Shown here in pieces: positions 24,101-36,100 of a DNA stretch of 64,000 nt. The notes below the pieces were generated by a model that was given only the letters and a program-made list of their open reading frames with translations, was not told where the DNA came from and did no database searches. Positions within the stretch are counted from its first letter, which is position 1. The number at the start of each line of letters is the position of its first letter. The translations under genes and the position numbers were made by a program. The stretch comes from Lingula anatina. Taxonomy: Eukaryota > Animalia > Brachiopoda. The stretch covers positions 13,516,001 through 13,580,000 of the forward strand of contig CM120640.1 of assembly GCA_051362555.1 (NCBI GenBank), given 5' to 3'.

Positions 24101-27100
24101 CCTGGGTTCAGGTCAATTTGAAATTTGATTTGTTGTGAAATGACTTTGTTTTCCTTTCCATGAAACATTTCTGCACTTGCATTGTCCACATAATGAGCTA
24201 GACTTCCTCTGTGGTTTTCTTTGAAAGATCTTACATTTTTGTCACAGTTTTTCACAAAACTGATCAACATTTTGTCTTCTCTTTTGGTAGCTTTAAGAAT
24301 CTGGTCCCACAAAGAAATTGGCACATTAAAAATGAATTGATTTGGATTGAAGTGAAGAACCTTATCCTTATCAAACCGCTTCTTGGAAGATGCCTTCACC
24401 TTTGAATCTATGTCAAATATTTTCTTGTTCCAGATCAAAGAAACTTCCTTGGAAGTGCACATATTGTCCTCAACAACTTGATGAGGGACACTTGGTCTTT
24501 CACATACCCCAAGGTGGTTATATGGTAGCTGCATTAAACTTGGTGACACAAATTGCAGCCCGGGAGTTGTGAGTTGTATGCTTCTACCATCAATTCTTGT
24601 CACGACTGGGAGGATGGACATAAATTTGTTTTCTTTCAGCATCAAAGAAAATTTAAGCATTTTGCAGCTTCTATCAAATTGCTTTGCTTTAAGAGCACTG
24701 CTATTTGCTCTATCACATATTTCTTGTATCTCCTCTTGAGTGTATGGTGGCTTTTCCTGATCCTCAAGCATTGCAACTACCAAACGATGGACAACAATAT
24801 CAATGTATCGTCGGATAGGAGATGTGAACCTTGTGTACTCTGAAAATTCTAAATCAAAATGTGCCATTTCATCATCAGGTATACTTCCAGAGCAAACCAT
24901 TTTGGCTTTTCTTTGAATTGCTATCCAAGCTGTAAATGTGCTGCACTGCAGAGGATGAAGCTCCTCATAGGCAAAAAGGCGTCTTAGAGTTTCAAAATGA
25001 CAATCTGGGTTCACTGCTTTGAGATGAGCTTCTTCCCAGGTGCTCTGACGAATTGGCATATAGCGTAGATTTTTAGGGTCTTCAAAGTCAGGATATACTC
25101 TTCTAAGCCATTGTCCTGGTTTACTGGAATGCATGGCAATCTCTGCAAATGAATCTTTCCACATTTCCAACTGTGAAGAGTTGGGTGAGGGCTGAACTCT
25201 CAAGGGAACATGCATTCGGTACTTTCTGAGCAATTCCTTTGCAACTGTTTTATTAGTTAGTAACATGAATTCTTCGACAACACTTTCTGCCTTGCTACCC
25301 AGCAGAACATCCCCAAGTCTCTTTGCTGAAAGTTTTTTGGCAACTTTGTACAGCAGTCTCACAGCTACTGCAATTTTTTTATCCTCTTCTGGGACATCTG
25401 AAGAACTGATGTACGCATTTGCTTCTTCATATGTTAGCTGTCTTTGTGATCGGATTGTTGTTCTCCTTATTTCTGTAGGCCTGTCGGCATACAGTTCACC
25501 ACTTTTTCTGTCTGCATAAAAGAAAACAGATATAACAGGCCTCACACGGCCTGCAATCAGGCTGCAAGCATGAGCACTCAGCTTCTCTGGTAACATTGGC
25601 ACAGGTGGATCTTCAATGGATGGGTAGTATGTTTCTCCCCTCTTTTCAGCTTCTGTGTCAATTGGATTTCTTTCTTGTAAATTGTCCTTATTCTTCTTCA
25701 CTTTCAAAGATACATCAGCAATGTGAACACCTATTCTTATGTCTTTTCCTCCCAAATATTCTACACTCAATGCATCGTCAAGATCTTTGGCTCTGGGAGG
25801 ATCTATAGTGAAGGTAGCACCTCCATCCTCGTCCTCCTCAAGCTGACTGAAGATCTCTTCATTGGACATTGCTGTGATGGTATCATTCACTTGTGCAGGG
25901 AATTTTTCACTTAAGTTGTACTGTATCTTTAAGATATCCAATCTGCTTTCCCAGTCTTCTGACACAGCAAGCTTCTTAACAACAACACCAAGTGGATAGT
26001 AGTGATATCGATCCCATTGCAGGTAGCGAACAACAAACACTGTATGCTCACGACTATGAACATTCAACAGTTCAGTTTCTTTATGAGTTGGCTGTCCTGT
26101 GCTGTCAAGGCTATAAATAGCAACTTCATTTTCATTTTCAGCATCTTTGTTGTAAATGTGAATCTTTGGAAAAGTGTTGCATAATGGCAGCATTAGGTTA
26201 GCCCTAAAATGGTCTGCAATACAAGCAAATCTTGCATACTTCCTCACTTGAGTTTGCCTCCAAACACCTATGACTTTGCCAATGTACACATCAGCACCCT
26301 CTGGTGGATTCAGTAGTTCAACAACAACTTCAGATTCATTGAAAGCCATACCACACTTGTTTCTGCCAAACAACTCTATCCTCTGAATAGTCTCTGTTTG
26401 ATCAATAGGTACAGCATAGGCCTTTTGTGGTGTTTCAAGGTACAAAATGCACTGCTTAAACTGCTCTGGATATTCTTGCAATTTGTTTCTCAGGTCTTCT
26501 TTTGGGAGGTCTTCATAAAATGGTTCTTTGTCTCCTATGTACTTATCAGCTAGATAATTCTGATAAGTTTCATCTAGAAAATCCTCATCATCTATGATTT
26601 CATTAACCAAACCACTTTCACAATACAGATTTCTACCCTTTTTCCAGTCATTTGGATTGTCAAAGATATTGGCATTACCTGAAGTTGGCTTTTCATCATC
26701 TCGTTTAAAATCAAGATGTGGTGTTTTCAATTTACTTTTTGTCCTCTGTAGATTGACCTTCATGTTTTTTACAACCTTTTCAGCCAAGGAATCTGGCTCT
26801 GTGCCAATTTCCCCAAAGTCACCTTCACTGTCACTTAAAACACCTTTATCCGCAGAGATTCCATCATGAGATAGCTTTTTACGTTTGCCTTTTATCACTG
26901 GTGGCTTATACTTTGCACATGGTTGGGTAAACATTTGCAAGTTGTCAATTTTCTCAAAACATAGATCTTCTGGGGAAAGGGTTCCTTTCTCATCACAAAT
27001 TCTAAAATAGTGTTTCCAAACATCATTCTGGTTTGCTTTTGACAAAAGAAATGGATCTCCAAACACAACAATGTGTAAGCGTGCACAGGCAAACACCGAG

Positions 27101-30100
27101 TTCAAAGTTTTTCTTTCTTCCAAACTTCCAAAGTCTACTGGACCTGTCACATAGCGTGGGGTTCTCACAGTACTCAGCAGAGTACTTTCAAATTGTGTGC
27201 CTGCACATGAAATAAACATTTTTTATATTAAATTCATATCTTTATTTTGGCTATTCAAATTAAAATCTGACCAAATTCAAAATCAACACATATGACCTTT
27301 TGTCAGACTTCTGACTGTAGTAACTTTCTTATATATTGGGAAATATTTTACATTTAGGCTTCATTCACATGGAAAGTCTATTTTCTAAATTCTATTTTCT
27401 ATTCACGGTATGACTTGTGATCACGGTCTGTGCCCTGAATATCCCACGGCGTAATTACTGGCAGGGCGAGCCAGTTACTTATACGAAGCTGTAATTAATT
27501 CTCCGCTGTGCTCCGAGGAGATTCTGATACCTTGACATATGCGCAGTAGGAAGTGATCATGATCCGATGGCAAGTGATGCGGCAACGGAGGATGAGATTT
27601 TATAGAATGCGAGCACAGCCGAGAATTAATTACAGCTTTGTATAAGTCCCTGTGGTGTTTCCAGACCTCTTTTGTAGTAAAAGCTTAGTGCACTGGGACT
27701 GCCAGGATATTCATTCTCTACTTCTAGCTTGCCATCATAAAAAGCATTTGACAGAAAATGTATGATGTCAAAAGATTTTCCTGAGAGCCTTTTCAGAGGG
27801 AACAGGTACATCTGGTTTTCATTTTCCTGCAGCATCTTCAGCCTGTTTGTCAGAAAGTGACTAAGCTCATTTTGTGATCTTGATCTAGGTGTCACGTGTA
27901 CACTAGGGGACACACACATCTCGGAGGAGATTCTGATACCTTGACACATGCGCAGTAGGAAGTGATCATGATCCGATGGCAAGCGATGCGGCAACGGAGG
28001 ATGAGATTTTATAGAATGCGAGCACAGCTGAGAATTAATTACAGCTTTGTATAAGTAACTGGCTCGCGCTGCCAGTAATTACGCTGCAGGATATTCAGGG
28101 CACAGACCGTGATCATAAGATACCGCAAATAGAAAATAGATTTTAAAAAATAGACTTTCCATGTGAATGAAGCCTTAATGTTAGATATTAATGACAAGGG
28201 TAAAATGTGACAATCTTTTTGATTTAGAAAAGAAAAAACACACCACTTTCTGTGTTGCACTTTTTGAGCTTTGCAAAATGCAATGAACAAGAGACCCAGC
28301 TTTGCTTACTAGTGGTCACATTTTTAAAACTCTTTGTAGCACATAATAAAAATGGTGGTGATTATTAAGCATTATGTAATATTGCATCAAAATTGACAAA
28401 AAAAAAACTATTTTGGGCACTGCTACAATATTGACCACTAAGGGAAAACCATGTTACTTATGATTCTCAAACTTACAGAAAAGATTTTTATGTCTGAAAT
28501 ACAGCTTGAGTTGGAAAACCATTGTTTATTACCAAGAGCACACTTTTTGCACATGTGCAGATGTTTGACACCTGTACTGGTGATGGCTACATGTATATGT
28601 GTCTGTCCATAAAAACTGTTAACCTGAGGTATATACCTGACAAAAACTGACAAAAATTTTAAGAAAATGGGGCAGAAGTTAAGTTTGCCCATACAGTAGA
28701 TAGAGATTTCAACCAAAAAAATCTATTAAATAAATGTATAAAAAACATCATATTGATCAAGAAAAACTGCACACCTTGTCTTGTGTATTAGCTGCTGATT
28801 AAAAAAACAAGAAATAAATGAATGAATGTATCAAACACACCTGGAACTGATTCTGGAGACAAAATGGTCACTTTTTCTCTTATTGGCTTCGGGAGACCAT
28901 CAAAGTATTTCTCAAGAAGGTTTACCTGAAATGAAATGAAATGGTAAAAATTTATTACTGCCATATCCTTTATATACAAAAGGTGTCACAGTTAAGGATA
29001 CATAAAAAGAGTAATGTACACATAAAAGGAGTTATGTATTTTGGATAAATATTAATGTAAGTTATCAAAAATGACTATGCTGACACATGTACTTCAAGTA
29101 AAAACAATTATTAAATTGACAGATAGACAGTGATGATGAATTTATGACATGCACAGCTTTGGGGATTCTTTACTTTTTTTGCAACATTACATGTGAATAT
29201 ACCTGCGCCAGAAAAGGAGAAATAACAGCTATGTCTTCACTGAAAGCGGCTATTTCCTGAGCAACTTCAAACACCTCTTTTGCCTCGGCTTCATTGAAAT
29301 AAGACAGTCCCTGCGGTGTTTCCAGACCTCTTTTGTAGTAAAAGCTTAGTGCACTGGGACTGCCAGGATATTCATTCTCTACTTCTAGCTTGCCATCATA
29401 AAAAGCATTTGACAGAAAATGTATGATGTCAAAAGATTTTCCTGAGAGCCTTTTCAGAGGGAACAGGTACATCTGGTTTTCATTTTCCTGCAGCATCTTC
29501 AGCCGGTCTGTCAGGAAGTGACTAAGCTCATTTTGTGATGTTGATCTAGGTGTCACGTGTACACTAGGGGACACACACATCATGGGGTCAACAGTCAAAA
29601 CAACAATTGTCTGCGTACATTCGGCATACATCAGTGGGATGATACTCTCAGTCTCATTTGCTTTGTCCATGCCATCAATTATCACATGGGTAAAAGCAGG
29701 GAATTTGTTGACATCTTTCCTCAACAAGAGAGAGGCTGTCAGTGTTGTAACAATAATTCGGTGTTCATCTACTTCTTTTTGAGTTGGACTGGGATGCTGA
29801 CTGCAGTACTGCACTACTTCAGGCTGTAGGCAGACAGGGGAGGACAGACCTAGTATCCTTAGAGGCCTACTTGTATAGGGAAGCATTCCACCACTAATCC
29901 TTCTGTCCAAATCCATGACATATGCGTCCACATCACTATAAGAAATATTGAAGTTATTAAGATCATTAGGCCAGTTGGGTAATATGTAACTAATTATAAG
30001 TGATAAAATTATCATTTTTACGTTACTTATAATCATTATTATCATTATTAATCTTTTGTGTTTGTTCTTATAATTTTTATAGTGCATTATTAATTACAGT

Positions 30101-33100
30101 ATAGCTCAGTGTGAACAATACAAGTGCACAGGGAATCATGCCTCTCTTAGTAATCTAAGAAAGAAATAAGTAGAATTCACCCTCTGGTATACATCTATTA
30201 CGAAATCACTGCAGGTGCAAATATCTATAATAATTACATTTCAAAGGCTGAGAGTACCTTGACTTTTTACAGCATATGAGAACCTTTCTCTTCATATCTT
30301 TGGCCAGGAGAGCTATGGCCTGCTGTATGGTAAAGCTCTTTCCTGATCCAGAAGGTCCAGTCACAACAAAAGGTGATACGTGTTGGTTCCCTGGAGCCTG
30401 ACACAATATGTGTTCAATACATTTCCTTTTCTCCTCTGACAGCTCATTTGGCTTGCATCTAAAATTTAAAAAAATCCCTGCAGCATTTTTCAAATGAAGA
30501 TAAATAAAATTATAACATTTATTTAAATAAAAAAGGAACACATTATGAAGTCTTTTGAGAAGCATATATTGCACTGAATAGAGACAAAGTATTTTGGTAC
30601 TAACACTGTAAAAGCAATTGAATAGTGCTGTTATATGCATTCATTCTAGTATAATCTTCCATAGTTTATATATAATAAGAATTTTCAACCCCATACATGA
30701 TATGAATAAATCAGTTGGATACCATGGATGTACGTGCAATGCTGGAAATATATATGATTATGAAGATGATGACCTTCTTCCAGGCTTGCAGCAGCCTTTT
30801 TATATTCAGGTGAGAATTACAGTCAGAATGGGACAACTGAAGCTGATTCCACTGACTGCATTTTAGGGAGAATTAACCACAGAATTAAACCAACCCAGCT
30901 AGTATGTGTGAATCTGAATGTGCCCTCGAAGATTATAGGTGAAAACTCATTTCAGGCTACATGTTTGAGTTATAAATGATCATCACAGATATATGTTACA
31001 AAAACTTAACAGTGAAAACATTACAGAATAGTGTAGAGTTTTCATCATTATAAGTATACCTTAACTTTCCTGGAAGGACAGCAGCCATGGGAACATTCCA
31101 ATCAGGAAACAGCAAACAGTTCTGAGTCCTTTCAAGTGACTGGTGCATCAAATCAAAGAGAGTGGTGTTGAAAACAAACTGCATCCTCAAAGTGGCAACA
31201 TCTCCTTCAAGTTTCAACCTTGTGGCACATTTCTGAGACATCCTTATATACAGAGCTTTTCTTGGAGTTCCTGTTGCAAGATAGTCAGCATAATTTAGCA
31301 CTGTGGCTTTACATATATGCCCAGTGTTGATTTCTTTATCAGGCTGAAGGTAGACTTTGCTGACAGCTGTGAGAAGGAGTTGGCAAAGGGCTGGTTCCAA
31401 ATCGCAGAGGTCTTGCTTTACCTCTCCAAAAATACAACCATCAGTCTCATGTTTGCTCTCATGAATCTTCACAGGAAGTTGTTTGTGAAGCTTGAGTGAT
31501 AAGATAGTGGCTTTCCTAAAATTAAATGTTAGTGCAAATATATTTAAGCCAGTTCACTACACAAATGAAGAATGATAATTACAATGTCATGTATATAATA
31601 TGGAACAAAGTGATTTTTTCACTCAAAGTCGCAGAGTTTAAGGAGTGTAAAGACAATTTCTAAGACCCCAGATGGAACAATTTTAGCTTTAATCTGAAAA
31701 ACACATACCATTATGTTTAAAAAAATCTAACAAATTGACCAATGACAGTTATCAACATTATTTTTGAAATCTTTTTCAATAGTAAAAATCATCAAATACC
31801 CATGAACAATGTCCATCTCTTTTCTTTTTTGCTCCTCTAAATATGTGTGCATCATGCTCTTATAGGAGAAAAAGTTGATTTCACCACTGTGACTATAACA
31901 CAGAGGCCAATCCACAATGGGGTACTTAGCAGCCAATTCTTCAAATACCGAAGATTCTGTTTCATCGCTTCCATCCTCAGCATCACAATTCATGCAAGTT
32001 GGTTGCCTTAGCCTTAGGCTACAAGTAGAACCAGCTTGTGAGACATCCTCTGTGTTAAATTTACATGCATCTGTCTCAGCATCCACTTTCAGAACCATCC
32101 GCAGCACAGGTCGGTCACCAAAATCCAGGATGAGCCACTGATCAAAGGCGCCTTGCTGTCCATGACTAGTAAATTCTACACCGAATACATATTTGCTGCC
32201 ACTGTCAGAGTTGAACTGAATTACCTGTGCATTTTCACTTTTGTTGATGAAGTGAAAGTGACTTCTGAATCTGTCCCTCAGAAGATACACTTTCTGCAAT
32301 CTTTTGGTCTGAGAAAAAAAAAGGTAAATTGATTGATGAGAATATATTTGGTGAAATATGATCAGAATCATAGAAAAGCAGCAATATAACAGTGTTGAAT
32401 TTATAATAATATCAGATCATGTCACTGATGCTTACTTTATCCTTTATTTTGACCTGAAAATTCCACTGAAGTGTTCTCCCCTCATGAACCTGATGCTGCT
32501 GATGGAGTTCCATTGGTCCAGTTGTACTACCAAGGCTGGGTTTAACCTCTACCTTTACACCCGGGACACAAGTATCAGTGACCTTAGGAGGAAAAATTAT
32601 AATTCTACAAATAAAAATTTTGTGTAATCATTTTTTCATGTTAGTATTCAATGTTCTAGACCATATCTTATTTTTATTACCATCTACCATATCAAATACT
32701 TCAGATAATCATAAACCCTTCATTCATTCTGACATCACTTTTAGATGTTGGAATATGATTTTATGACTTGAACGTTCTGTACATATATCTTTATACTGAC
32801 CAACTCTTTTAACTCGTTTGGTTTTGTCTGACAGTGAAGTATATTTTTATACAGTTCATAAAAATCCCTGTGCTCTTCTTTCTTAAGACTATGAAATGCT
32901 TTGTTTTCTCTCTTGCGTTCCTCCCACTCTTTCAATTCCTCTCTACTATGGGCATGTTGGCAAAAATTGTACTGTGACACAACATTGGAGTACTGGCAAG
33001 ATTTATTACTTATGTGCCTGAAACAAAAGGGCCATAAAAGCAAATTTATAATCTTATAAGCTGAAGCACATAGAACTTCAACCTCAATTCACATGTCATT

Positions 33101-36100
33101 ATTCTAGACTATAGCCTGGGTGCCCTATATATCCTACTTTTATCTGTTTAAATTCTTATATTATAACTCAAAAACATATATTAATGATGACAAATGCAAC
33201 AGTGCAACACCCAACATTGCAAACTGCAAATACAGTATCAAGAGAAATCATCCAAGATAGCAGTAGTAACAATTCAAGCTCTCGGCATGGCAAAACCAAT
33301 GTGAGGTATGTGGGGTTAACTGTTCAGCAAATAGGGTGATAAATATACACACTGAGAAAATGGTGTTAGAGAGACATACATAAGTGACATGCAAAATATA
33401 GTAAATCTGTACCATAATTGGACAGAACTGATTGAGAGACAACGACCAAGAAAATACAAATGGATAAACTCTACCAGACTGAGGTTAATTTCATTCCTAA
33501 CCATGTACACAGCACTCAATAGTCATTATTTCTGATCCCAGTCTCCTCCCACTCCAGTGAAACCCAGTTTCATTTTACTCTAAGTCAAAACACTTTGGGC
33601 TATCTCAGATGATTCCCATTTTTCCTAATGATATTTCTTATTCCAGATATTATATGGTAAACATAATAACAACTGTAAATGCAGTGAAAGAGAAAAAAAT
33701 TCTACTAACTGGTCACAGAGTGTGTACTGCTGTGCATCTGGTGGGCAGCGGTGAGTCCAACTCTGACTTGCCCTCAGTTGCTGAAGGTGTTTCTCTGAGT
33801 TAAGATGTTTATCAAACTCAGACCTGTGTTTCCACTTCTTGCAGCACACACCACACTCATAAAAATGAGCCTGGGAAACTGGTATTTTTGCACTGACATG
33901 TTTGATGCTAGGCTTTTTGCTAGGACTTCTTGGGCACTGCTTTACTGTTTGAAAATATCTTTCTGATGCTTGCAAAGCATCAGTTAACTCAGAAACTGAA
34001 ATTAAATAAGATCCATAGTCATTTTAATGAGCAAAAAATTAAAAATTACACCCTATGTAAAGATAACATACCAGTTATAGTACATCAAACATGCAACTAT
34101 CTAAGATTTACTTAACCTTATAATCTTCCTATGAGATGCATATACTGTAGTCCTTTGGGTTCTGAACAAATGCAATGAGTCTGTACACTGGGGAATTTGA
34201 ATTTAACAAGAACACTTGTAAAGCTTTGTAAAACAGTTATCTGTATATAGACTGTAGTTACTTGCTGCTTACCTTGGTTTCGTTTCATCCATCTCCACAC
34301 CAACATCTCTTGCTTACTATGGGCATAGTTACATGCCTTTTTTATACAGCCCCATTTTGTATTCAGATATTTACATAAGCGTGGTGTAAAATACGTTTGT
34401 GTATGTGGTTTTCGGATTTGGACATACTGACAGGAGGGTTCAACATTATCCTTACAAACAAAAACTGGATTCCAGGTATGATTTCTTTTTTCACATTTAT
34501 TTTTTTGTCTTGCAACCAATCTTTTGTGATCTTCTTTGTAGCACTGACCACAAGTTTCAAATATCTGAAATTTTCTGAACTCCTTTTCTTGCACAGAAGG
34601 AACTTCTGATGAGGCAACAGCACATGCAGATGAAACAGGTTCAGCAGGGTCTAAATTTACACCTGGGATTTTCACTAAGGATGTGACAGATGACAGAGAT
34701 GCTATGGAATCTGACCGTGATAGATTTTCTCTACTCAAACCACTAGTAACGTTGGCATATGTCCTGGTATCTACCAATTTCTCACTCATAATGGAAGAAT
34801 ATTCTTTTTCGGAAGAGGCAAGGTCTGGTATTTCTTCACTGAATGCCTCACTTTCCTGCAAAAAATACCCATTGGGGCCATTCAGCATGAGAAGACCCAA
34901 GTGCTAGCTGGTTCACAGCCTAAATATGGTGGACCTACATGAAAGGAAGACCGCTTAATCCTGTAATGGTCTCTTTCACGCCTTCCAACATGGCATCCCT
35001 GCAGGGGCACAGTAATAAAACCTCGTCTCAATGCGACCAGGCGAGGGAAGACATGTGGGAAGGCATATGAGAGGCGGAATGACCATTACAGGATTAAGCG
35101 GTCTTCCTTTCATGCAGGTCTGCCATATTTCGGCCCTGGACCAGCTAGCACTCAGCTCTTAATTCTCAATCTGAATGGCTCCATTGACTTCAAAACAGCA
35201 TGGCAAGCTTGAAAATCTTGTTTGATCAAATTATATTTTTACTTTCAATTCAACTGCAAAACATACAAATAGCACTATATGTCATTCTAAAAGGAAAAAT
35301 TAAGTTGACAGCAAAAGTTATACATAAAAATATCAACTGCTACAATAACGAAGGTTCTTACATGTGTTTCTGTAAAACAAAATTCTTGACACTCTTCCAA
35401 AATGGAATATTTGAGATCATTTAGGAAATCTTCATTCTGAAAGAAATGAATATTTTGATCCTCTTATTGATAATTTCATTAAAAAAAGAAAACACACTGA
35501 AAAAAAAATGCACTTCAAGGCACCAAAATATTTGATTTATGGTTTTGTAAGTGAAAGTAAACATTAAGGTTGCATTTTAGCTTATCAGCACAAAAAAAAA
35601 AAAAAAAAAAAAAAAAATTGACATTTTATAAAACTGAGATATTTTGATCAAATCAAGTTTTGGAAATTTCCACTAGATTTTTGAACATTTGGAACATTTA
35701 AAATTAATAAATAGAATTGTGCTATAAAAAATAGAGAGGTCTTTTTACAATATACAATATGTAGGTGTTCCATAGGTCCCCTCTACCCTCCCAAAAAAAA
35801 GTAAATAAAGGTTTGGAAAAAATAATGAAATAAAATAAATAAATAATTGTAAATAACTGAATTGTAGCTGCCTTACCTTGGAATCACATTCAATTGCTAG
35901 GTTAACTGCATCCATTGCTTCAGAATATTTTTTTTGGCATCTTAATACATTTGCTTTCCAAAAATGCAACTGCCCCATGTGCCCATTTGCACCATAATCC
36001 ATACATTTGCTTTGAATGATTTCAATGCCTGAAAGTGGCAAGCCAATAAAGTATGAAATTAAGCAAAACAACAGATTCAGAGACTGATTAATGCTAAAAG

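Noticed and set aside
27626-27994. 122-aa ORF as an additional or alternative HELZ2 exon
   Set aside because: It is the captured fragment inside a MITE, lacks the native splice sites, and the flanking exons (28841 and 27200) already join in phase.
30700-30900. Exon-like or C/D snoRNA-like stretch (ATGATGA...CTGA) on the plus strand
   Set aside because: It is antisense to the host transcript, I see no terminal stem or guide, and the flanking HELZ2 exons are already phase-compatible.
33270-33385. Plus-strand CEVCGVNCSAN...H zinc-finger-like peptide in a HELZ2 intron
   Set aside because: Very short frame bounded by stops, histidine spacing is poor, and there is no supporting exon structure.
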